NCBI GenBank assembly: GCA_907165135.1
Contig: OU015567.1
Location: 3,844,001 to 3,908,000, forward strand
Length of the DNA stretch: 64,000 nt
From: Oikopleura dioica
Taxonomy: Eukaryota > Animalia > Chordata
Direction: 5' to 3'
In this document: positions 11,960-25,405 of the stretch, piece by piece
How the letters are laid out: every line of letters starts with the position of its first letter
Numbering within the stretch: the stretch's first letter is position 1
Made by a program: the position numbers and the translations under genes
Notes under the pieces: model-generated
Databases searched by the model: none
What the model saw: the letters and a program-made list of their open reading frames with translations, nothing else
Told to the model about the DNA's origin: nothing

Positions 11960-13715
11960 TTATGGTTTATCAAGGGACAGAAGCATTTTCGTGGTTTTGG
12001 CGATTGAATTTTCAACTTTCTTTTTGTAAGCGTCGGCAGTGGATCGCGTTTGCTCAAGTTCTTTTCGCGTCTTTAGACAGGTTAATTGACTGTGGCGACT
12101 TCAGATTTCTCTAGAGAATCATTTCTCAACCTTTTCCTGAGCAAGTTCTTTACAAATGCTGTCCTGCGCATCCTTCATTTCTTCGTATTTTATCCGAAGC
12201 TGCTGATTTTCTCCTTTTCTCGATTCAGATCGTCTTGAACTTTCTTGGAATTTGTGTCTTTTACTCCTTGTAGAGCTTTAAGAGCTCTCGAAAGGCGTTT
12301 ATTGTCCGCCTGCAAGTCCTTAATTTGTTGCTGCTCTGCAAGCCGAGCTTCTTTTAATTCGTCAATGACGATTTCTTGCTCCAATAAACTGAAGAATTTT
12401 CTCAAAATGGGAGCCAGAAAACTAATCGAACCTGTTTTTCAGAGCTTTAATTTGATCTTCTTCATTTTCTTTTCCCATTTTTTCAAGCTCCAAATTGGCA
12501 ACATCTCCCAAAAGATCCAACGGATTCGTACCTGCCTTCGAGTTTTTCTCCGTTGAATTTTGAGTTAAATTGATTGCCGCCCCGCTGTTCTTTCCCATTG
12601 TTTTGTAGGGATTGTCCCATTCGTACGGGTCCTCGCCATTATCGAATGGAATGAGTGGCATGAATACCCTGAATTTGTGATCAGAACCAAGTATTTTTTA
12701 TTTATTTTGAGGTTATTTCTGGCTCTACTGATTGTACTCTATGTTGATGTTCTAGTGCAGCTAATACCTTGGGCCAAAATCACAATCCTCCAATGGCGGT
12801 GGAATCATGAGAAATCATTCTCCTTAACCATTTTTATTCAATTTAGGAGCTCTCTCGCAGACATTTTTAAACATATCTTACCCGTCGGATTTTCTGGATT
12901 TCTTCTTGTGATTCCGACTGCTTGATTGCGAAGTTGTTCTCTCTCTGGATCTTGCCCTTTGTGAAGACGTTGGTGAGCCTTCTACTTGAAGATCGATTGA
13001 AACATCATCGTTGAGCTCATCTTCGATACTTGCCCGATCTTCTTCGTCAGATGTTAACTCCAACAAGTCCAGAATCGATGAGTCTTGATTCCTCGGTGGG
13101 TTGTTTTTCTTGACAATTTTGACCTTCGGCCCCTTTTTTCTGAAAAGATTTTAAACGAGGGAAGGAAAGAAGAATCGCCTACTTGTTTTTGGTACCCTTC
13201 GGTCGACCTCGTTTCGATATTCTTCCATCGGAGCTTTTGGAAGCTTTCGCTTCCTTCGTTTTGGCGTTGAAACCAATTTTCGGCTTCTCCAGATTCCCAT
13301 TTTGATCCTCACCGGGCCATGGATAGACGGGAATGTCCCCTACAGGTGGTTTTTTCGATGCTGGTCCGCGATAGATTTTTATCGAAAGGACATTTGTTTC
13401 ACTGAATTCAAATATAAGATATTTAAAGAAGAGAGATCGCCTTACCGAAGCATTTCTAAGACGAGATTTTTCGAGTGCGTCTTCACATTCGTTCCGTTGA
13501 CATGGGTGATGACATCGTAGAGCTCTAGTCCGCAATTGGCGGCGAGTGAGCCAGGCGTCAATCTCGTGACAACTGTTTCTCCGAAATTGTCTTTGATTGT
13601 GATTCCCCATCTTTGGTTAATGTCTTTTTTGGGTTTAGAGATAAGTTGTTTTCATTCAATTTTTTTTATCGAAATTCTCTAAAACCTTTCCTCGGCGGCA
13701 CATGTTAACCTCCAT
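11960..13715 (-). CDS. PDZ-domain plus coiled-coil protein
   Basis: Spliced N-terminus MEVNMCRRDINQRWGITIKDNFGETVVTRLTPGSLAANCGLELYDVITHVNG is PDZ-like (requires a GA-AG intron). Acidic linker, then heptad-rich C-terminus ending KMLLSLDKP*. 3' splicing is uncertain. Confidence 0.7.
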
Positions 13716-13808
13716 TGTCTCAGCTCTCTAAACACACAGTTGTCGATATCCGAAAATAATTTCAAGAATTTCAAAGTTCGACTTTGAAAAAAAAGAGTTT
13801 ATGTTACG

Positions 13809-14370
13809 CTATTTGGAAACACGCAATGCTGAGTAAATAGCATCGAGTTCAAATATTTGTCGTCGTTCAAAATCGTACTCAGCCGGTTTTGACGCTTTAC
13901 GACATAGTTTAACGATGCTACTCAACGATCGTAAAAAGGGATAAAATCTGCTTTTTAATCATTTTTTCTAAGAAATTTCGTAACAAAACCTCAATTTTGA
14001 CATCTTCAAGCTTGATATCCGCCATCGGAACCACTACTTTTCAACTGTTTGAATTTTAAAAGTAAAATTGCTTTTATATCGACCGATGATTTGTAATAAC
14101 TTTTCGCAATAAAAAAGGATAAATCAAAAGCCCAGCTAGTCATTTTCCCTCTTTCCCTTTCTCTCTTTGAACATAAACCTGACTACGAGTTATCATCGTT
14201 GATCGCACCTGGAAAAATCAAGAAAAAACCAAAAAGACTATTTGAATTTCGTTTCGACGGGAGTTGGCCTTATGCCGATGCGGTGTCTTCAAATAAAAAT
14301 GCTCGTTGTCTCTGAAACATCGGCTCAATTTGACCTTTGAGCTTTTTGGATGATACGATTTTTTTACCAT
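13809..14370 (-). CDS. Possible small multi-exon gene of unknown function
   Basis: CAAG|A ATG context at 14370 like neighbouring genes. Plausible exons MVKKSYHPK..., VRSTMITRSQVYV..., ...FELDAIYSALRVSK*. I could not assemble one unambiguous frame. Confidence 0.3.
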
Positions 14371-14390
14371 TCTTGAGCGTTTTATTTAAT

Positions 14391-14607
14391 AATGATGATT
14401 GAAATTTATTTTTTTTTTGGGACGCGTTTCGGTCTCAGTGGACCTTCGTCAGCCCTAAGTACAAATTTTAAATGAAAGTTCAAAAACAGGAAAAACAGTC
14501 TCTCACCTAGAGTGGACAATTTCGAATGAAGGCAGAGATTGAAAACATAAAAACATAATTCGCTTTCGCGGGCAGATGTAATGGAGCGCCAGAAGAAAGC
14601 GAATTAC
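14391..14607 (-). repeat. 3' pLTR (left arm of the inverted repeat)
   Basis: Reverse complement of 16034-16250. I found one mismatch, at 14464. Confidence 0.95.
14419..14455 (-). ncRNA. Minimal type-I hammerhead ribozyme motif (sense to the RT ORF)
   Basis: GGG-CTGACGA-A-GGTC-CACTGA-GACC-GAAAC-GC-GTC-CC: core CUGANGA and GAAAC, 4-bp helix II, palindromic ACGCGT helix III, GUC cleavage triplet. Confidence 0.8.
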
Positions 14608-14617
14608 AAATGCTCCA

Positions 14618-16060
14618 TTACAGAAATTTAACTTCAGCGAATTTGATCTGCTTATTCAAGCAAGGATCATTTAACTTGATCGAAAACGCTTCACAAAGGA
14701 CACGGTCTTTGTAGTACGGTTGGTTGGAGATAACAGAAATAAAGTTCTTTTCGAAACAGAATTTGGTTTTGATTAACGCTCTCGATGTAGTAGGCTTGTA
14801 TTTTGGAGTGTCTGGCTCACTAAGATATTTATCATATTCCTCTCTGAATTTTGGACACTTCAAAGAGTGGAAAAACATAGGACTACGATAACGTGGCTCA
14901 AAATGTTCACGAATTCTAGTTCCAAGCTGTCTTTTTGTCTCCCCCTGGTAATCCGTTTTCCCACATGGACATTGGAAATGGTACACCACTCCACTTTTCT
15001 GCTCAATTGGTACCGGGCGCTTCCAGGTTGGGTGCAAACATTGTTCTATTCTCACTGTTTTCCAACAAAGTCTCAGAAAGAACTTCGGGGTAACTTTTTT
15101 AAGAATAGCACGCATTTTGCCGCCAATACTGTCGCACCGGGGACCAGTAAAGCTTGCGCAAAAATTGTGAACTATTTCCCCTTCCACTTTTTTATCATTT
15201 TTGGGCTTCTCAAGGAGTTTTATTTTATCATCGACCAAACCTGGTGGATATCCATTGAGAATGAATTTCCTCTTGGCTTTTCGGAAACCTTCAGTTTTGG
15301 CCTCTTCGCAGGATGAAGCATTTTTCACCCTATGAAGATGCCCAACTAAGAGACTGATCTTTTGTGACTTAGGAGCTACATTTGTGCGAAAATTGGGAAG
15401 GAAATCCTTCGAGGATTTCTTTTCATAATGAAACATCTCAATTCCATTCTTATGAATTCTGAATTCAGTGTCTAAATATGCAAGTTTGCCATCAACCATC
15501 TCTTCCTTGGTAAATTGGATATTTTTGTGAAGTCTATTGGCCTTTTCAAAAATATACTGTATATCCGATTTTTGCACAATAAGGGCACAGTCGTCCACGT
15601 ACCTCCGGATAAAAATGGCTCTACCTTCTCTTATCAATTGATCGAAAAACGGGGTCTCCAAAGTGTGCATGAAAATGTCTGCCAAAATAGGGGAAAGCTT
15701 CGACCCCATAGCTGATCCGTCTTTCTGTCTAAAGAATCCATCTGGCGTGCTAAAGCTTGTAAGCTTGAAAAGAACAGTATCTACTAAATTTTGAAAATCG
15801 GATCTTGCCGGGAACTCCGAAACATGTCCGTCTTCTAATTCCTCCGGACAAAAATATGACTGTGGGTTAGCATAAATAAGATCTACTACTATTTTGCTTA
15901 TTTCTTTAATGGGAAGAGAAGGAAACATACTCTTTATGTCTAAAGAAATAATAGTATGTTTATCTAAATCAATTTTGTCACGAATTTTAAGAAAACTGTC
16001 TTTAAGCTCAGCAGTATTCTTTAAATTCGCTAAGTAATTCGCTTTCTTCTGGCGCTCCAT
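14618..16060 (-). CDS. PLE reverse transcriptase-GIY-YIG endonuclease ORF (N-terminally truncated)
   Basis: RT motifs SLDIKSMF, RQKDGSAMGSKLSPILADIFM, RYVDD, LAYLD. Endonuclease-like SGVVYHFQCPCGKTDYQGETKRQLGTRIREH and LCEAFSIKLNDPCLNKQ. The first ~9 codons come from the inverted pLTR. Confidence 0.9.
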   Translation of the reverse strand: MERQKKANYLANLKNTAELKDSFLKIRDKIDLDKHTIISLDIKSMFPSLPIKEISKIVVDLIYANPQSYFCPEELEDGHVSEFPARSDFQNLVDTVLFKLTSFSTPDGFFRQKDGSAMGSKLSPILADIFMHTLETPFFDQLIREGRAIFIRRYVDDCALIVQKSDIQYIFEKANRLHKNIQFTKEEMVDGKLAYLDTEFRIHKNGIEMFHYEKKSSKDFLPNFRTNVAPKSQKISLLVGHLHRVKNASSCEEAKTEGFRKAKRKFILNGYPPGLVDDKIKLLEKPKNDKKVEGEIVHNFCASFTGPRCDSIGGKMRAILKKVTPKFFLRLCWKTVRIEQCLHPTWKRPVPIEQKSGVVYHFQCPCGKTDYQGETKRQLGTRIREHFEPRYRSPMFFHSLKCPKFREEYDKYLSEPDTPKYKPTTSRALIKTKFCFEKNFISVISNQPYYKDRVLCEAFSIKLNDPCLNKQIKFAEVKFL

Positions 16061-16250
16061 TACATCTGCCCGCGAAAGCGAATTATGTTTTTATGTTTTC
16101 AATCTCTGCCTTCATTCGAAATTGTCCACTCTAGGTGAGAGACTGTTTTTCCTGTTTTTGAACTTTCATTTAAAATCTGTACTTAGGGCTGACGAAGGTC
16201 CACTGAGACCGAAACGCGTCCCAAAAAAAAAATAAATTTCAATCATCATT
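16034..16250 (+). repeat. Inverted 5' pLTR (right arm of the inverted repeat)
   Basis: Reverse complement of 14391-14607. Confidence 0.95.
16186..16222 (+). ncRNA. Minimal type-I hammerhead ribozyme motif (antisense to the RT ORF)
   Basis: Same sequence as the 14419-14455 copy, on the opposite strand. Confidence 0.8.
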
Positions 16251-16472
16251 CATGAGAGGTCAACACCGACAAAGTTTTATTTAATAATTTATTAAATAGA
16301 AAGGTTTCAGAACTGAATTGACAGATAATCAATGGGTTGTCAGAGAATAAGCTAATTTGTAAGGCTAATAAATGATCATCATTGAGCGAAAGTTGAATAG
16401 AGCTGATAGAAATCTTCGAAGATCAGAAGAGAGGACCAAAAATCAAGGCAAGGTCGAGTGGAACTTCGAGAA

Positions 16473-17217
16473 TTAGATGTGGATTAGGGAAACGAAGTTG
16501 TCAATGCCTTCTTTTCCCTTCAAAAAGTCGATTTCAATGAGGCACAAAGCGCCGACAAGTGTTGCTTCAGTAGAGCCGATGAGTTTGACGGCTGCTTTCA
16601 TAGTGCCTCCGGTGGCGATCAGGTCGTCGATGAGGACGATTTTGTCTGAAAAAGTATAAAAACTTTTAGCCATTTAGGAATACTAATGCATATTATCGAA
16701 GTTTGTGAAAATAATATACCGAAATAGAGAATGTGACCGGTCTTTATCAATGATAGATGGAGACGAAAATCTGTATTTAAGTCAATGTAAAAGTCGTTCT
16801 GGTGTTTCATTGAGCTTACCAGTAGCTTCTAGAGACGCTTTCTCAATCTCAACCACATCAGTTCCGTATTCAAGCGTATATTCCTGTCGCACCACTTCCC
16901 CAGGGAGCTTGCCCTTTTTACGGATCGGGACAAAACCGACTCCTAATCTAGAAGCCACGGCCATCCCTGAAATCAACCGTTTAATCGTCCATTTCTTTTT
17001 CTAACTTGCCCATTAAAAATCCTCTCGATTCGAGGCCGACAAGCTTGGTGCATCCTGGGAACTTTTCCCTGATCGTTTCTTCCAACACATCTCCGAGAAG
17101 TTTCATTCTTTCCGGGTCGGAAAAGAGCGGCATGATATTTTTGAACACGATTCCTGGTTTCGGAAAATCGGGATGATCCGTCATACAGTCATTTAGCTGC
17201 TTTAGCTTTTCTTCCAT
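16473..17217 (-). CDS. APRT: Adenine phosphoribosyltransferase
   Basis: Motifs [43 protein letters not shown]-binding [12 protein letters not shown]. Confidence 0.95.
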
Positions 17218-17593
17218 TCTTGTTTTTACGAATTAAAAAGGTGGCCATGTTGTTTTCAATGATTGTTTTATTTTGTATTTGAAGCAAAAGCGTATTATTT
17301 GAACTTGATTTTTACAATTCAATATTGAAAATCTGCGCAAAGGTAAAAAAACGCTGGTTTAGTTATTAGGCGCTACTTTGAAGTTTTGAAGTTTCAGAAT
17401 GCACAACTTGAAAGAAAGAAAAATTACGATTTGGAAAACGATTGTGAGTTAAAAAATGCTACAGGGTATAAATTTATGATCGTGATTCATGTGACCGTGA
17501 AAATGTGATAATGGCGAAGTTTTTTCCAGTTGACAGACGATTTGTGAAGTGATGAAAAAAGAATGAAAATAGGTTTTCGTCATTCTACATGTT

Positions 17594-20507
<2,914 letters not shown>

Positions 20508-20746
20508 TTTTCGATTCTTTGTCTGAAAAAATGTGTTGGATAGCAAGAGAGCTCGAGAAAAATATGACCGAGCTGGTCATGTGACGACAATTTTGTCACC
20601 AGAACTTTTCAAAGACTCAGACAGACATTTTGTCTTTTCAGTCGTTATATTTCTGTTCAGATAACTGGCAGTGGAACTAAATGAAATTCGGATTATGTGG
20701 CGCTTTTTTCAATTATTTTACAAAGCACTTTTTTAATGAAAAAAAT

Positions 20747-23542
20747 CTAAGCTTCCTGAAGAGCTGCTCGTTTAGCTGGTGGCTCATCGGATTCAGCAGC
20801 TTTCGTTTCATCCCCTTCCAGCTTGTGCTTCGCAACAGCGCTTTCGGGAAGATTGGTTGGAGCTGGAATTGCTCCAGAAACTGGCTTGTTCTCCTTTTCG
20901 GTAGGAGGAGTGGCTAGGGGAGAGCTCTCAGATGTTCCAGGTTCTCTAGAAAGATATTTTTAATAGAGGCATGGATGTCAAAAATGTGAGTAAATGAAAG
21001 ATAAATGAGTGTGTTCATGCGCGTACTCATGCTCTTGGTTCTTTCCCAATTTAATTTTTCCTAACTGATAAGTAATCTGCTGATGGGGTAGGATATTCTT
21101 CTTCAGCAACAGTTCATCGAGCGCATCCTTGAAGTCTCTGAAGACCCTCTTGAACTGGATGCCACAGCCTCTGCATCGCTTGCAATCGAGCATGTAGATG
21201 TCGCCCGTCTTCATGATGCGCACTTCGAACTTGCTTTTGAGGCTTTCGAAGCGCCAGTACTTCTCAGGAATCTGCTCGTGGACGGTGTACTGAGAGAAGT
21301 GCTTGAGCATTTTCGCGATGATTTCTTTTTTCTTCGCCTTTTCAAACCAAACTCGCGTGATTCGAGGAACACGAATCTGGTCGCTCTCCAGCTCTTTTTT
21401 ATCGCTCGATCCGGCGAGCATTTTCGATGAAATCCTGAAAAAACGGCTTGAAAGGTTATAAATAGGGAGGAGCGTACTCATCGAGGGGTTGGCTAACGCT
21501 CGGCGTGGAGTCTTGAGTGGAGCTTTGTATATCGTTGAATTTGACGATGTACTTGAATGTGCTCTCTTCTCCTTCTTTCTTGAATTCGTCGAATTCAGTC
21601 ATGTTCTTTTCGTCGCCGAAATGTTTCAGCATCTCTGGCTGGCTAAAATCATCGTGCTAGAATCGGTAGAAAAGGGGAGATCGCTGTTTACCTGATTGAT
21701 TTGTGCCCCAGAAACTCCTGAAATCTTTCTCCACGGAACATTTTAATGCGCTCTTGGAACTGATACTTGAACGCAATGTCCTCCTTGTGAGTTGTCGTTA
21801 GCCTGAAATAACAGTTTCAGTTCCATTCATGGACCATTCACTATTCTATTTCTTACCATTTCGGTCCATTGACTTCATCAGCGAGCCAGGAAATCTTGGG
21901 TCTATCGGCATCATTATGCGTGAGCATTTTGACGATCATTTTCATCGCTGAAATGGACATGTTTTGCCAACACGGATCTTCGGTGTAATTATGCCGGCGG
22001 AAATCGCGGTAATCTTCGTCTATCTCCTGATCGGCGATCGTCCATGGAAGCATACCGGAAAGCATCGCAACTGAAAAGAACGAATCAATTGAAAGAAACT
22101 CGAAACTTCTACACAGATTGTAGAGCACAGAAACAAGTCTTACCTAAACAAACGGCCATCGACCAAATATCCCCCCTCAGCGGGAAATAATGCCCATCAG
22201 GAACGAACAGCTCTGGCGCCATGTAACCCTCCGTCCCCTGACGATGTTCCCTAACAGAGAATGATCTTTCCGATCTGCCTTTGTTTATGCAGGCTGTGGC
22301 CGAGCCGAAGTCGATGATTTTCAATTGACCGTCTTTTTCAAGCTTTTCAAAAGAAAAAATACTACAAAATCGCGATCTCTGTCTCTATTTGAAAAGCTCA
22401 TTTCTCGTGTAAGAAGCATGTTCTCTGGCTTGAGGTCTCGATGCGCGATTTGTTTTTTGTGAAGGAAATTCATCCCGCACACGAGCTGGGCGAAGTAAAA
22501 CTTCGCCTGGGCTTCTGGCATGCCCACATCTGGCACAAGTTTATCAAATAATTCGCCACCTTCTGCGTATTCCATGAAGATGAACATTGCTTTCACCTCA
22601 TGTTCGTATCTGAAAAATATGTCGAAGCCGAAGGGCGTAATAACTCACCGGCTGTTGATGTATCGAATGATGTTGACATGATCCTTGACAGCTCTGTGAA
22701 TGTTCTTTTCTCGCGTGAGCATTTTCTTCTGATATTCAGTCATTGCGTCGCAATTGATGATTTTCACTGCGCATTTGATTTTGCTTTTGCGATTCAGGAT
22801 CAGCCGAACATCGCCAAAAGCGCCTTTTTATGGTTGAAAATTCAGGAAAGAAATGAAGACGAACCAACATCAGGGTGGAACTTTCGGACCGGGCAAGTCG
22901 GGCAAAAAATCGGGCGGGCGGGCAAATCGGGCGGCGCAGGGCTCGATTTTACGAGGTAAAAATCGGGCAAAGTCGGGCAATCAGGCAAAAATCGGCGCCC
23001 GGAAATATAGTCGGCGCCCGGAAGAAAAAATGGCATCTAATGGGACATAAATACTGAAATTTTCATTAAAAACGTCCGGTTTCGGTTCTCCATGAGTGCC
23101 TTTCTTCCTTCGGGATACAAATTAATCCTGTTTCTTCAATAAATTTACAAATTTTTTGGATTGGGGGTTGCCAAAATTTCCGGGCAAAAGTCGGCGCCCG
23201 GGCAAATCGGGCGGGCAAAAAGCCGGGCGGCAATCGGGCGGCGCCGACAAAAAAATTCTAATCGGGCGGCCAAATTCAATTTTTTTGCCCGAACGTTCCA
23301 CCCTGCCAACATCTGTATAAAATACTGTTAATATACAGTGTATACGAAAAGGAGAGTGCTTCATCGAAGCGCTGAAACTATGAACACAAATGTTAAAATA
23401 AAAATTACAAAAGTAATTACTAAAGTAAAGAAAACCTTTTTCAACCGATTCCTTCTCCTAACTTTCCAATAAAGTCCCAATCCTCCAGAAATGGAGTCGG
23501 AATCCCATCCTTTACCACGCCAAAAATGTCGTCCGCCTTCAT
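20747..23542 (-). CDS. CHEK1: Checkpoint kinase Chk1
   Basis: PFLEDWDFIGKLGEGAFGDV, MEYAEGGELFDKLVPDVGM, HRDLKPEN, DFGSA, GTEGYMAPE. C-terminal KA1-like RITRVW...LDCKRCRGCGIQFKRVF. Confidence 0.88.
22871..23305. mobile_element. MITE-like element in Chk1 intron 1
   Basis: 17-bp TIR CAGGGTGGAAC(T/G)TTCGG (16/17 match), 7-bp TSD CCAACAT (22864-22870 and 23306-23312), many subterminal ATCGGGCGG / GTCGGCGCCCGG motifs. Confidence 0.85.
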
Positions 23543-23583
23543 TGTCTAAAACGAAAAGAAAGCTAAAATCTATTTCTATAAAA

Positions 23584-23915
23584 TCAGGCGGTAATAGCAA
23601 GGTTTTCTACAGCAGGCATTTCGGAATCACTCTCATAATCAGCAAACTGATCTTCGTCGTAAATCACTCGTATCAGCAAGGAGCAACTGAACACGAGATT
23701 TTCTCAAGATCAACATGGAAATGGAAATATCTAGAAAAAAACTTGCAAAAGTCTAGAATCTCGTTCCTTGGGCAGGTCGCAACTTCTTCGCCAATTTTCA
23801 AGTCTTCCAAGCTGATTTCAAATTTATCTCCACAGGGACAAGGGTAAGTGTAGATTTCTAGCTCTTCGTCGAATTCCATATCTTCTATCTCTATTTCATC
23901 GTGGTACACCGTCAT
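23584..23915 (-). CDS. DPH3: Diphthamide biosynthesis protein 3 (CSL zinc finger)
   Basis: [36 protein letters not shown]...[15 protein letters not shown], after removing an 80-nt GA-AG intron (23687-23766). Confidence 0.95.
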
Positions 23916-24349
23916 TCTGAGAAAAAATTGGTTTATAAGCGAAATGAAATTTTAGCAAAAAAACTTAAATATGTTTTCGCTTCTAGAGAAAAGCAGCTTG
24001 ATAATTTTCTGCCTTCGTTTTCTCTTTTTATGATTATCCAAGCCATTTTTTGAAGCGGAGGTTTTTCGAGCGCGCGTGAGAAAATTGGTCGATCGAAGCG
24101 CGGAGGACTTTTTTGCTGGAAGCGAGCGAGAAGGAGGACGCGCCCTTCCCCACAACTTTGAGAGTCCAAGAATTTTTGAGATAACAACATAATGAAATGA
24201 ATATTTTTATTTAAAAAGCGAGCAGAGGTAAATCAAACCATCTCTTCTGTAGATACTTCTTCTTGTGAGTGTGTAACAGTCTCTTCATTCGTTTGGCTTC
24301 TACTGGGACGAGAGGGCTAAAGATGGTCTATATTTCCTTTTGCCATAAA

Positions 24350-25405
24350 TTATGGCCCATAATGATAAACCTGAAAACAAAGTGTTGTCGAAGCCAAAAT
24401 GAGAAGGAGAAGGTTCAGGAAGATCAGCGAATGCTTCAATTTTTGAAAGGGCACTAAGAACTTCCAGTCACGACCAGAATTCCAGGGGGCTGACCGGACT
24501 GACCAGAGTGTAATATGGGCAACGTGAGGTGCTAAGTCCGAAAGAATGAGGCAAGTGCAGGTGGGTAGGATTAGACACCAAATGAAGACATGCGAGGAAT
24601 ATTGACATTGATTCTTCCGCTTCAGTCCGAAAGTTATGAAGATAGGCAAATTTATCCGTCTTATTCCAAAGGCCAAAATTAATGGTACCTAAGTTGAGAG
24701 TACAGTCTTTGAGGGTTAATTCTGATGAACTGGTGAATGCCGCAGTAGTCCTGAGCACCTTATTTGAATATAAGAGATACAGATAATTGTAGCTTCAATT
24801 ATCACTGATAGTCTATCAGAGCCCTGAGGACCTCAAGTTCGGTGGGCCCGTTCCATCTCCGTGCATTCATGGTAGCGTGGTGTCTAATCCTCCTTCCTTG
24901 AAGCTTGTTCACCTGTATTCTTCCCGACTTAGCACCTTACATTGAACATATTACACTCTGGTCAGTACGGTCCACCCCAATTCCAGGAGGACCCGGTGAC
25001 AGCAAAAATGATCAAACCATCAAAGATGATATTTCCGCAAAGAAGAAGGAGAAAGATCCCGGTCTAATTCATTTGTTAAATATTTGTTTCTTTGGCTTTT
25101 TACCAAAATATAGAAGACTTTCTTCTTGACGATCAAATTTTCTTCTTGAGCACTTTGTCGATAATAAGAAATAAAAATACTTGTTCCAAAGCCCGCAGAA
25201 ATCATTCCGACAATGGCAGTAGCAATGTTTGAAACCATCAAAATTATTCGAGCGTTAAAAATTGCGAAATGGATGGATAAGTAACTTGGCCAAACAAGGC
25301 TGACTAAAATCAGTTCTCACTTTGACAACCCAAAAGAGTGGTACCTAATAGTAGAATCCATTCAAAAATCCATACCAACGCAAGGAACTCGCGAAAAACG
25401 CCCAT
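24350..25405 (-). CDS. Putative multi-pass membrane protein (copy 1); 3' structure unresolved
   Basis: TCAAG|AAA ATG start. Hydrophobic segments FLALVWIFEWILLLGTTLL, IILMVSNIATAIVGMISAGFG, VFYILTGIFLLLLCGNIIFDGLIIFAV, and possibly SLIFLNLLLLILASTTLCF. Confidence 0.45.

Larger units (their letters stand above)
14391..16273 (-). mobile_element. Penelope-like retroelement, 5'-truncated, with inverted pLTRs and a 23-nt tail
   Basis: RT plus GIY-YIG-type ORF flanked by 217-bp inverted repeats that carry hammerhead motifs. Candidate TSD GTTTTATTTAATAAT at 14379-14393 and 16274-16288. Confidence 0.9.

Noticed and set aside
14556-14622. HDV-like ribozyme at the PLE stop codon
   Set aside because: P1/P2 interleaving is similar, but I found no P3/L3, P1.1 GG or P4/J4-2 elements with suitable spacing.
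14391-16250. DNA transposon or LTR retrotransposon interpretation of the terminal repeats
   Set aside because: The repeats are inverted and contain hammerheads, and the ORF is PLE-type RT plus GIY-YIG with no transposase, gag or integrase.
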